Source of the DNA: Nitrospinales bacterium
GTDB taxonomy: Bacteria > Nitrospinota > Nitrospinia > Nitrospinales > VA-1
Direction: 5' to 3'
NCBI GenBank assembly: GCA_965223345.1
Contig: CBDCWG010000012.1
Location: 2,720,001 to 2,784,000, forward strand
Length of the DNA: 64,000 nucleotides
The notes under the pieces are model-generated. The model was not told the origin of the DNA. It ran no database searches and worked only from the letters and a program-made list of their open reading frames with translations. A program made the position numbers and the translations under genes. The first letter of the stretch is position 1, and each line of letters begins with the position of its first letter. This document shows, piece after piece, positions 52,375 through 60,758 of the stretch.

Positions 52375-54663
52375 TCAATCGGAATCGAGCGACGGCTTTT
52401 TGTTTTCGGCCTGGCTCAACAGGAATTTCAACTCGGCGATCTGGTCGCCGGCGAGACGGATGGTGGATTCCTCTTTCTTCAGGCTCTGGATCTTCATGTT
52501 GACGTCCTCGGCCAGAAGGTTGAGGCCGCTCAGACGCTTATCGACATCGTCCAGCATGTCGATCTTGTTGTTGAGCGTGTCGATCTTCGACTGCGCTTCC
52601 TCGGTGACCGAGTTGAGCTTCTCGATATTGAGATTGATTTTGTTGAGGTTGTCGCGTTCCTTGTCGATGCGCTTCTTCTCGGAGTTGACGCGCGTGATCA
52701 CGGTGTCCAGGCGCGAGAGGGCCAGCTGCGTCTCGCGCACCTTCTCTTCGCCGGCGCTCACCTGTTTGGTGCGTTTTTCCACCTGGTTCATCAGGTTGTT
52801 CAACTGCTCGATCTTTTTCTCTGCCTGCAGGATGAACTCCTCCTTGTCGTCGAGCACTTCCTGGCGCACCTTGAGGTCCTTGATGACGTCGTTGATCTCG
52901 CTCAGCCGCTTTTCGATCAGACCGACCTGACTCGCCTCGCGCGTCAGGGTCTCGACCCGGCCCTCGAAATTCGAGGCCACCTGCCCCAGCTCCTCGCGGA
53001 TCGTGCTGATGCGGGTGATTTCCTCCTTGGAATCGTGCAGTTCCTTGAACTTGGAGCGCAGTTCGATCTCCAGGATGCTCTGCTTGGAGGACAGGTTGTT
53101 CATGCGCTTTTCCTGATCGTCGATGGCGGCCTTTTCCTTGGCGATGTCGAGGATCTTTTCCTCGACCGAATTGGCCATCGATTTGAGCCCTTCGAGTTTC
53201 TGGTCGATTTTTTCCAGAAAGTCGATCTTCTTGCTCACCTTGGCGATCTTGATGTTGGCTTCCTCGATGAAGAAATCCAGCCCGTCCACCTTCTTTTCCA
53301 GCTTTTCGATCAGGGCCTTGCGCTGCATCTGGGTTTCCATCTTCACGTCGAGGCTGATCACCATCGAACTCAAGTCGTTGATCTTCTTGTCCACCTGATC
53401 GACGAGGTTCTGCTTGCGGATGATCTCGTCCATCTGCAGCCGGGTGGACTCGCCCACTTCCTCGATCTGGGAGAGCACGCCCTTGATCGTGTCCACCTTG
53501 TGGATCTCCGCATCCAGGCGGTTGACCTTGGACTCTGCTTCTTCCGCCATCACGTTGAAGCGGTTCATCTTTTCGTTGGCGGCGTCGATGTTCTTCATCT
53601 CTTCCTTCAGGATCATCATCTTGTTGCTCAGGTTATCCATGAGGAAGGAGTTGAGTTTGTTGATCTTGTCCTCGGTCTTGTCGATGATGGCCTTTTCGTC
53701 GAGGATCTTGGTGATCTTGGTCTCCACGTCCACCGCCATGGCGTCCAGATCCCGCAGGCGGCCGCTGATGCTGCGGATCATTTCGTTTTTGACGGCGATG
53801 TTTTTCGATTCGACCTTGAGATCGCTGATCTCCCCGCTGATGCGGGTGAGCGCGTCCTGGGTTTCGTGCACGATGTGGGTCTGGCCGAGCAGTTTTTCGT
53901 AATCCTCCTGCACGATTTCCAGGGTCTGCTTCAATTCCTCGGTGTCGCGCGCGTAACCGGAGATCGATTCCTTTTCCCGGTGGATGAGCTGGAATTTGCG
54001 GTCCAGCTCCTTGACGATCTCCTGCATCTCGTGCACCTGGGCGGAGCCGGTTTTCATCATTTCCTTGAAGCTCGCGACTTCCTCGATCTTGTCGGAAACC
54101 TGATCCAGCATGTTCTCCAGCCGGCTGATGCCGCGTTCTGCATTTTTGATCAGCTTGTTTTCTTCCTTGAGCTTTTTGACCTTGGTGTCCATGTCCCAGA
54201 CCAGGACATTCAGCTTGCCGGCGTCCTCGTTGGCTTTTTCGACCAGACCGCGCTGCTGGTGCAGGCTTTTGATCTTGTGGTCGATGTGCTCGCTGAGCAG
54301 GTGCATTTCATCCAGTTCCCGCTTCAGGGAATTGTAATTCGACTCCAGCTCCTTGGAGATACGCTGGAATTCGCGCACGCGCACGTCGATGGTCTTGATG
54401 TCGTCCATCCGGTGGTCGAAGGTGTCGAGCCGTTTGAGGGTGTCGGGGATCTGCGTGGCCATGCGCTCGAAGAAATGTTTTTTCTCATCGAGGTCCTCGG
54501 ACTGCTGTTCGAAATACTCCACCAAGAGCTGCAGATTTTTGCGTTCGTGCGCCGCCGTCTCCAGTAACTCTTTGAACTCACTGACGTTAAAGTTCTCGGG
54601 CTCGAACGGACGGTTTTTGTCCACGTCCGAACCGGGTTTGTAAGATTCTGGGTTGTTTGGCAT
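52375..54663 (-). CDS. Long all-coiled-coil hypothetical protein (762 aa)
   Basis: E/K/L/I/D-rich with heptad character and almost no Pro outside the termini; no Walker motif, TM helix or signal peptide seen. Confidence 0.85.
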   Translation of the reverse strand: MPNNPESYKPGSDVDKNRPFEPENFNVSEFKELLETAAHERKNLQLLVEYFEQQSEDLDEKKHFFERMATQIPDTLKRLDTFDHRMDDIKTIDVRVREFQRISKELESNYNSLKRELDEMHLLSEHIDHKIKSLHQQRGLVEKANEDAGKLNVLVWDMDTKVKKLKEENKLIKNAERGISRLENMLDQVSDKIEEVASFKEMMKTGSAQVHEMQEIVKELDRKFQLIHREKESISGYARDTEELKQTLEIVQEDYEKLLGQTHIVHETQDALTRISGEISDLKVESKNIAVKNEMIRSISGRLRDLDAMAVDVETKITKILDEKAIIDKTEDKINKLNSFLMDNLSNKMMILKEEMKNIDAANEKMNRFNVMAEEAESKVNRLDAEIHKVDTIKGVLSQIEEVGESTRLQMDEIIRKQNLVDQVDKKINDLSSMVISLDVKMETQMQRKALIEKLEKKVDGLDFFIEEANIKIAKVSKKIDFLEKIDQKLEGLKSMANSVEEKILDIAKEKAAIDDQEKRMNNLSSKQSILEIELRSKFKELHDSKEEITRISTIREELGQVASNFEGRVETLTREASQVGLIEKRLSEINDVIKDLKVRQEVLDDKEEFILQAEKKIEQLNNLMNQVEKRTKQVSAGEEKVRETQLALSRLDTVITRVNSEKKRIDKERDNLNKINLNIEKLNSVTEEAQSKIDTLNNKIDMLDDVDKRLSGLNLLAEDVNMKIQSLKKEESTIRLAGDQIAELKFLLSQAENKKPSLDSD

Positions 54664-54773
54664 GACGGGCTTCCTAGATTGGACCTGAAGGATGGATGAA
54701 ACCGGGTTTGGAGACGAGCAACGAACCGATATTTATATGCTTATCGTCCGAATTTCAATAAGGTTTAGGGGAA

Positions 54774-55796
54774 TCAGGAAGTTTTGCCGATGAGGATTTC
54801 CGCGATCTGCACCGCGTTGAGGGCGGCGCCTTTGCGCAGGTTGTCCGAGACCACCCAGAAATTGACGGCGTTGTCACGGGAAATGTCGTCTCGGATGCGG
54901 CCCACATACACCGCGTCCTTGCCGCCCGCTTCGGTGGCGAGGGGATAGGTGTTGTTCTCCGGAGCATCCAGCAGTTCGATGCCGGGGCTGTTCGCCAGCA
55001 GGGTTTTGATTTCCGCGGCGGACACGGGCCGCTCGGTTTCCACGTTCACCGCCTCGGAATGCGAATAGAACACGGGCACCCGCACAGTGGTCGGAGACAC
55101 CTGGATCGAATCGTCGTTGAGGATCTTGCGGGTTTCGTTGACCATTTTCATCTCTTCCTTGGTGTAGCCGTTTTCCAGGAAGACGTCGATGTGCGGCAGG
55201 CAGTTGAAGGCGATCTGGTGCGGATAGACCTGCTTTTCCACCGCCTGGTCGTTGAGGATCTGCAGCGACTGGGTGGTCAGCTCCGCGACGGCTTTCTGGC
55301 CGGAGCCGGACACCGACTGGTAGGTGGAAACCACAACCCGGCGGATTTTGTATTTCTGATGAATGGGATGCAGCGCCACCACCATCTGGATGGTCGAGCA
55401 GTTGGGGTTGGCGATGATCCCGGGGCTGTCGCCGATCGCCTCCCGATTGACTTCGGGCACGATCAGGGGCACGCCGGGTTCCATGCGGAAGGCGCTGCTG
55501 TTGTCGATGACGACGCAGCCGGATTTCACGGCGCAGGGGGCGAACTGCTTGCTGGTGCCGCCGCCCGCCGAGAACAGCGCGATATCCATGCCCTCGAACG
55601 AGTCTTCCTTCAGTTCTTCAACCGTATGTTCGACGCCTGCATAGAGCAGGCTCTGGCCGGCCGAGCGCGCCGAGGCCAGCAGGCGGAGCTTGCGTACCGG
55701 GAAATTGCGTTCCTCCAGGATGGAAAGCATCCTGCGGCCCACGGCTCCGGTGGCTCCGGCGATGGCGACGTTGTAGCGGTCTTTTTTTGCGATCAT
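54774..55796 (-). CDS. asd: Aspartate-semialdehyde dehydrogenase
   Basis: GATGAVG, DNSSAFRM, NPNCST, YQSVSGSG, DNLRKGAALNAVQIAE. Confidence 0.97.
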   Translation of the reverse strand: MIAKKDRYNVAIAGATGAVGRRMLSILEERNFPVRKLRLLASARSAGQSLLYAGVEHTVEELKEDSFEGMDIALFSAGGGTSKQFAPCAVKSGCVVIDNSSAFRMEPGVPLIVPEVNREAIGDSPGIIANPNCSTIQMVVALHPIHQKYKIRRVVVSTYQSVSGSGQKAVAELTTQSLQILNDQAVEKQVYPHQIAFNCLPHIDVFLENGYTKEEMKMVNETRKILNDDSIQVSPTTVRVPVFYSHSEAVNVETERPVSAAEIKTLLANSPGIELLDAPENNTYPLATEAGGKDAVYVGRIRDDISRDNAVNFWVVSDNLRKGAALNAVQIAEILIGKTS

Positions 55797-55809
55797 GGTT
55801 CTATGTGCT

Positions 55810-56901
55810 TCAGCCTGCGATTTTTTCCAGTTCCTCGACGACGAGATCGCCCATTTTCCGGGTTCCGACCTCCTGCATGCCGTCCGACATAATGTCGCGG
55901 GTGCGGAAGCCCCGGTCGAGCACCGATTCCACGGCCCGCTCGATCCAGGCGTTGGGCTCTTCGCGGCCGAGCGAATACTTGAACATCATGCCCACAGACA
56001 GGATGGTGGCGAGCGGGTTGGCCCAGTCCTTGCCGGCGATGTCCGGCGCGCTGCCGTGGATCGGCTCGTACATGCCGTTCCCGCCGCCCAGGCTGGCGGA
56101 GGGCAGCATGCCGATCGAACCGGTCAGCATCGAGGCCTCGTCGCTCAGGATGTCGCCGAACATGTTGGTGGTCACGATGACGTCGAACTGCTTGGGACAG
56201 CGGACGAGCTGCATGGCGCAGTTGTCCACGTACATGTGATCCAGCGCCACGTCGGGATAATCGGCGTGGGTGCGGGTCACGATCTCCCGCCACAGGCCGG
56301 TGGTCTCCAGGACGTTGGCCTTGTCCACCGACATCACCTGCTTGTTGCGCTTCTGTGCGACCTCGAACGCGATGCGGGCGATGCGTTCGATCTCCGCTTC
56401 GGTGTAGACCAGGGTGTTGATCCCTTTGCGCGTGCCGTCGGGCAGGGTTTCGATGCCGCGCGGCTCGCCGAAATAGATGCCGCCGGTCAGCTCGCGCACC
56501 ACCAGAATGTCGAGCCCTTCCACCAGTTCGCGCTTGAGCGTCGAGGCGTCGGCCAGGGCCGGGAAGATCTTCGCGGGTCTGAGGTTGGCGTACAGCTTGA
56601 GAGACGAGCGCAACCCCAAAAGCGCCCGCTCCGGCCGCAGCGAAAAATCCAGCGTTTCCCATTTCGGGCCGCCCACGGCGCCCAGCAGGACGGCGTCGGC
56701 TTCCTGAGCCGCCTTGAGCGAAGGTTCGGGCAGGGGATGCCCCGCCGCTTCGTATCCCGCTCCGCCGACGGGCACTTCGTTTTTCCTGAGTTTGATTCCC
56801 AGCCGCGATTCCAGAACGGCCAGGACTTTCACCGCCTCGGCGATGACTTCCGGGCCGATGCCGTCTCCCGGCAGAAGGGCGATATTGACTGTGTCGCTCA
56901 T
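55810..56901 (-). CDS. leuB: 3-isopropylmalate dehydrogenase
   Basis: [47 protein letters not shown]; start ATG 56901. Confidence 0.97.
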   Translation of the reverse strand: MSDTVNIALLPGDGIGPEVIAEAVKVLAVLESRLGIKLRKNEVPVGGAGYEAAGHPLPEPSLKAAQEADAVLLGAVGGPKWETLDFSLRPERALLGLRSSLKLYANLRPAKIFPALADASTLKRELVEGLDILVVRELTGGIYFGEPRGIETLPDGTRKGINTLVYTEAEIERIARIAFEVAQKRNKQVMSVDKANVLETTGLWREIVTRTHADYPDVALDHMYVDNCAMQLVRCPKQFDVIVTTNMFGDILSDEASMLTGSIGMLPSASLGGGNGMYEPIHGSAPDIAGKDWANPLATILSVGMMFKYSLGREEPNAWIERAVESVLDRGFRTRDIMSDGMQEVGTRKMGDLVVEELEKIAG

Positions 56902-57212
56902 GCTTGATCCTTGTTCCGATTTTACCGATGGGGGCCGGCAACCTGCCGTGAAAACGATCCAGTATATCCGGAGAATGGCGGTTGTAAACGATTTTTTGAC
57001 CTTTTTGCTGCGGCTGCCGCCGCCGAACCGGCAAGCCCGCCCGGGCACAAACCGGTTCCCCTCTCCGATGCGGAGGGCCTTTCTGCCGGTGGATTTTTTG
57101 TGACCGGATTGCAATTGCACTGCGCGCCGACGCCCTGATAGGGTAGAATGTGTCATCCGCAATTCATTGTGCCGGTTGAGGAGGGGACATTTTCGATGCA
57201 GGAGCCGTTGTC

Positions 57213-57695
57213 ATGAAAATCGTTCTTCTTTCTTTGCTATTGAGTTCGGTATTCACCGGGGCGGGGCCGGAAACCATTGAGGGCCATGCGGGCTTCAAAT
57301 TCGGCATGACGCTGGAAGAAGCCGACCGGGTGAGGACCGACGACACCATCACCGACTGCGAATACGAGGATTCCGAGTCGAGCAACGACTACCAATGCCT
57401 GGAATACACCGACCGCTTCCTGGGCGAACCGAGCCGGGTGCTCGTGCAGTTCAACGAAGAAACCCATCTGGTGGACCGCATCATCGTGATCGTCGATGCG
57501 ACGGGGGACTGCACCGACACCGCCGACCGGCTGCAGGAAACGCTGGCGGAAAACTACGGGCCCTCTCAGGCGAAAAACGCGCGCAATTCGATCTGGCTCG
57601 ACAAGGCGGGCGGTTCGGTGAAGCTCACGCATATGTGCGTGCATGAAAAAATGGGCATGGTGATCGTCACCTACAATGAAAATGAACACTCCTGA
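57213..57695 (+). CDS. Hypothetical exported protein
   Basis: Short signal peptide; GFKFGMT.EE motif; four Cys; SD GGAG. Confidence 0.75.
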   Translation: MKIVLLSLLLSSVFTGAGPETIEGHAGFKFGMTLEEADRVRTDDTITDCEYEDSESSNDYQCLEYTDRFLGEPSRVLVQFNEETHLVDRIIVIVDATGDCTDTADRLQETLAENYGPSQAKNARNSIWLDKAGGSVKLTHMCVHEKMGMVIVTYNENEHS

Positions 57696-58152
57696 ACGCG
57701 GGCACGTCCGCAGCGGTTACCCCGCGTCAAGCGGCATCGGGGCCGCCGCGGCGCTGTTCTTCCTGCTGCTTCTCGGTCCTGCGGCTGCCGTCGGTGAGGC
57801 GGGCACGATCGACCTGAAGATCGACAAGGTCTACACCAACGAGATGGGCTGGCCGCACGCGGACGTCACGGTGACCAACCGCGCGGGCAAGGGGCTGTAC
57901 TCGGTGGACGTCGAGTGCCACTGGACGAAGGACGGCACGCTGGTCGCGCGCGGTATCCGCACCTATTTCAACCTGCCGGACGGCTGGAGCGATCAGGAGA
58001 AAGTCTACGACATCAAAAACGTCCGCTTCGATAAGGTCAAATGCCACATCCCCGGTTTCATGACCAACAAGGAGCGGCAGGAATCCGAGGATAAATTCGG
58101 CAAGGGCCTCACCGAATTGAAAAACACGCTCAAGCAACTGCAGGAGGATTGA
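57682..58152 (+). CDS. Hypothetical exported beta-rich protein
   Basis: Hydrophobic signal-like segment; VTVTN...V.VEC Ig-like pattern. Confidence 0.7.
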   Translation: MNTPERGHVRSGYPASSGIGAAAALFFLLLLGPAAAVGEAGTIDLKIDKVYTNEMGWPHADVTVTNRAGKGLYSVDVECHWTKDGTLVARGIRTYFNLPDGWSDQEKVYDIKNVRFDKVKCHIPGFMTNKERQESEDKFGKGLTELKNTLKQLQED

Positions 58153-58243
58153 GCGCGCCCCCTCTCCACACGTCTTGATTTGCCCCGGTCGCCGTGCTAT
58201 AGGAAAGGCCCATGAACGGCACCCCTTCCCTCTCATCCCCGAC

Positions 58244-59014
58244 ATGATTCAAGGCAAACGCATCACGGTGGTCATGCCCGCCTACAACGCGGAAAAGACG
58301 CTGCGCCAGACCTACGAGGAAATCCCCAAAGACATCGTCGATGCGGTGCTGCTCACCGACGATGCCAGCAGCGACAAGACCATCGAGGTCGCGAAACAGC
58401 TGGGCATCCAGACCTTCGTGCACGCATCCAACCAGGGTTACGGCGCCAACCAGAAAACCTGCTACCGCGAGGCGCTGAACCTGGGCAGCGACATCGTCGT
58501 CATGCTGCATCCGGATTACCAGTACACGCCGCGGCTGATCACCGCGATGGCGTCGATGATCGCCGAAGGCGTGTTCGATGTGGTCATCGGCTCGCGCATC
58601 CTCGGCAACCAGGCCATCTCCGGCGGCATGCCGGTGTACAAATACGTCTCCAACCGGTTTCTGACGCTGGTGGAAAACATCCTCATCCAGCAGAAGCTGT
58701 CGGAATACCACACCGGCTACCGGGCGTTCAGCGCCGAAACCCTGAGAACCATCCCGCTGCTGGAAAATTCCGACGACTTCGTGTTCGACAACGAAATGCT
58801 CCTGCAGGCGCTGTACTTCGGCTTCCGCGTCGGCGAGGTGTCCTGCCCGGCGCGTTATTTTCCGGAAGCCTCGTCCATCAGTTTCAAGCGCAGCGTGACC
58901 TACGGCCGCGGCGTGATTTCCACGGCCATGAAGTACTTTCTCGCCAAACGCGGCTGGGCTGCCTCGCCGCTCTTCGACCCCGAGGGCAAAAAGCTTTCCG
59001 CCTCCTCCCAGTAG
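58244..59014 (+). CDS. GT2 family glycosyltransferase
   Basis: VVMPAYNA, TDDASSD, GYGANQKTCY, HPDYQY, HTGYRAF; start ATG 58244. Confidence 0.92.
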   Translation: MIQGKRITVVMPAYNAEKTLRQTYEEIPKDIVDAVLLTDDASSDKTIEVAKQLGIQTFVHASNQGYGANQKTCYREALNLGSDIVVMLHPDYQYTPRLITAMASMIAEGVFDVVIGSRILGNQAISGGMPVYKYVSNRFLTLVENILIQQKLSEYHTGYRAFSAETLRTIPLLENSDDFVFDNEMLLQALYFGFRVGEVSCPARYFPEASSISFKRSVTYGRGVISTAMKYFLAKRGWAASPLFDPEGKKLSASSQ

Positions 59015-59109
59015 CCTCCGATTCCCGCAGCGCAGCCGGAATAAACCGGTTTTCCCCCTGCTCTTAATTTACGGACGGTTTGGTTCAATCCGAAACACAG
59101 GAGAATCGT

Positions 59110-59757
59110 ATGAAGCCGAATTTCTGTAAAAGCCTGCTCGCTGTCGCGGTGTTTTTTTTCGTCCTGTCGTCTGCGGCGTCCTGCTGGGCGGACGGCAGCC
59201 TCACGCTGATCGCGCGCACGGACGAAGGCCGCCTGAAGATCGTCCTCAATGAGGAAAACGGCGAACTGTTCGGCCTGGCGCGGGAAGGCTGGGCGACGAC
59301 CCATTCGCTGGAGTCGTATCACGAGGACAAGGAATACACGCTCATCGTCGGAGACGACGTGTTCGTGATCGAACGCTGGGACCTGGGGCGCTTCAAAACC
59401 TACGGCGGCGTCATCCAGGACGACCGGGGCCTGTCGGCGCAGGCCGAAACCATCGGGACCCGCCTGAGCATGATGGGAACGCTGGAAAACGAAATGAACC
59501 GGCTGCTGGATTTCGAGGTGCGGGTGGATAAAAAGCAGGGCACGTTCGAGTTGACCTGGGGGAAGAACGTGCTGTTTCTGAAAAAAATTCCCAAACAGGA
59601 AGGCGGCGGGCCGGGCCGCTGCGAAGGCGGGCTGGTCAAAATGGATTCGGAGACGCTGGGCCGGTTCTGGTGCAAAAGCTCCGGCACGCTCAAGGATGTG
59701 CTGTTCACCGACCCGGATCACATCCTGGCCTGGATCGTCCTGCCCTTCGTGAAGTGA
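59110..59757 (+). CDS. Hypothetical exported protein
   Basis: Signal peptide from ATG 59110 (MKPNF...SCWA); beta-rich. Confidence 0.75.
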   Translation: MKPNFCKSLLAVAVFFFVLSSAASCWADGSLTLIARTDEGRLKIVLNEENGELFGLAREGWATTHSLESYHEDKEYTLIVGDDVFVIERWDLGRFKTYGGVIQDDRGLSAQAETIGTRLSMMGTLENEMNRLLDFEVRVDKKQGTFELTWGKNVLFLKKIPKQEGGGPGRCEGGLVKMDSETLGRFWCKSSGTLKDVLFTDPDHILAWIVLPFVK

Positions 59758-59775
59758 AGCGGCAACGCCGGGTGT

Positions 59776-60525
59776 TCAGTCGTCTTCGTAAAGCACCTTC
59801 ACCAGGCACAGGCCCTGCGGCTGGGCGGTGGGGCCGGCGAGCTTGCGGTCTTTCGAGCACATGATCTCGCCCACCCGCTCCGGCGTCATCTTGCCGCGCC
59901 CGACCAGAACCAGGGTGCCGACGATGTTGCGCACCATGTGCTTTAAAAACCCGTCGCCTTCGAAATACAGATCGATGAAATCGCCTCTCTTTTCGATGTC
60001 GATGCGGTAGAGCGTGCGCACCGGGCTTTTGGCCTCGCAGTTGGAAGCGCGCACGGCGGAAAAATCCAGCTCGCCGAGGAAATGCCGTTTCGCTTCGTCC
60101 ATCGCTTTCAGGTCGAGGGGCGTCTGGATGTACAGGCAGCGCCCGGCGCACAGGGCGGAGGGGTGGTCGCGGTTGAGGATGGTGTAGCGGTAGACTTTGC
60201 GCACCGCGCTCATCTGGGCGTGAAAATCGTCCGGCATGTCGGTGACGGATTTGATCACGATGTCCTGCGGCAGCAGGCTGTTGAAGGCCATGAGAAACTC
60301 GGTGGGGGTCATGGTGGATTCGGTGCGAAAATGCGCCACCTGCCCTTCCGCGTGCACGCCGGCGTCTGTGCGGCCGGAGGCCACGACGGCGTTTTCCTCG
60401 CCGGTGATGCGGGTGAGGCAGTTCTGCAGCACGCCTTGAATGGTGGTGCCGTTGGTTTGCAGCTGCCAGCCGCTGTAGCGGATGCCATCGTATTCGATGA
60501 CGAGTCTCAGTTTCCGGGTCAACAC
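59776..60525 (-). CDS. truA: tRNA pseudouridine(38-40) synthase
   Basis: YDG..YSGWQ, SGRTDAGVHA.GQ, GFLKHMVRNIVG, GPTA...GL.L; GTG/TTG start at 60525/60522 after GGGAG. Confidence 0.96.
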   Translation of the reverse strand: MLTRKLRLVIEYDGIRYSGWQLQTNGTTIQGVLQNCLTRITGEENAVVASGRTDAGVHAEGQVAHFRTESTMTPTEFLMAFNSLLPQDIVIKSVTDMPDDFHAQMSAVRKVYRYTILNRDHPSALCAGRCLYIQTPLDLKAMDEAKRHFLGELDFSAVRASNCEAKSPVRTLYRIDIEKRGDFIDLYFEGDGFLKHMVRNIVGTLVLVGRGKMTPERVGEIMCSKDRKLAGPTAQPQGLCLVKVLYEDD

Positions 60526-60539
60526 CGGTCTCCCAATGC

Positions 60540-60575
60540 AAAAAAAACGCGCTGCCTCCCGCACAGCGCGTTTTT
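60540..60575 (-). terminator. Intrinsic terminator about 15 nt upstream of the truA start
   Basis: Minus strand CGCGCTG-9nt-CAGCGCG followed by T8; T5 on the opposite strand. Confidence 0.8.
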
Positions 60576-60717
60576 CTCTTTTTTACTGGCCCCGGCTGAA
60601 TCTACGGGAACCGTCCCTGTTTATACAGGGAACTCTTTTTTTACCGTCAAAGCTTCTTCGAAAGGGGGACTCACAGCTCCTCAATACCTCCTGATGGTTG
60701 CTCGTCTCAAACCCTCC
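60540..60717 (-). ncRNA. Candidate small RNA or truA leader
   Basis: Promoter TTGCGC(60751-60746)-16-TATATT(60729-60724); hairpin TCCCTGT/ACAGGGA (60614-60631); terminator; no convincing ORF. Confidence 0.55.
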
Positions 60718-60758
60718 AATGCAAATATAATCCCCGTTTCGCCGTGCGCAAGGTTTTT

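Noticed and set aside
58218..58240. Pyrimidine-rich GT2 leader complementary to the G-rich tract of the 15.5-kb sRNA candidate
   Set aside because: A low-complexity match of about 13 nt with a bulge, which could easily arise by chance
60583..60690. Small peptides (17 or 33 aa) inside the truA-upstream unit
   Set aside because: The GTG/TTG starts are only 2 nt from the nearest SD-like motif and the peptides are featureless; not excluded without Ribo-seq
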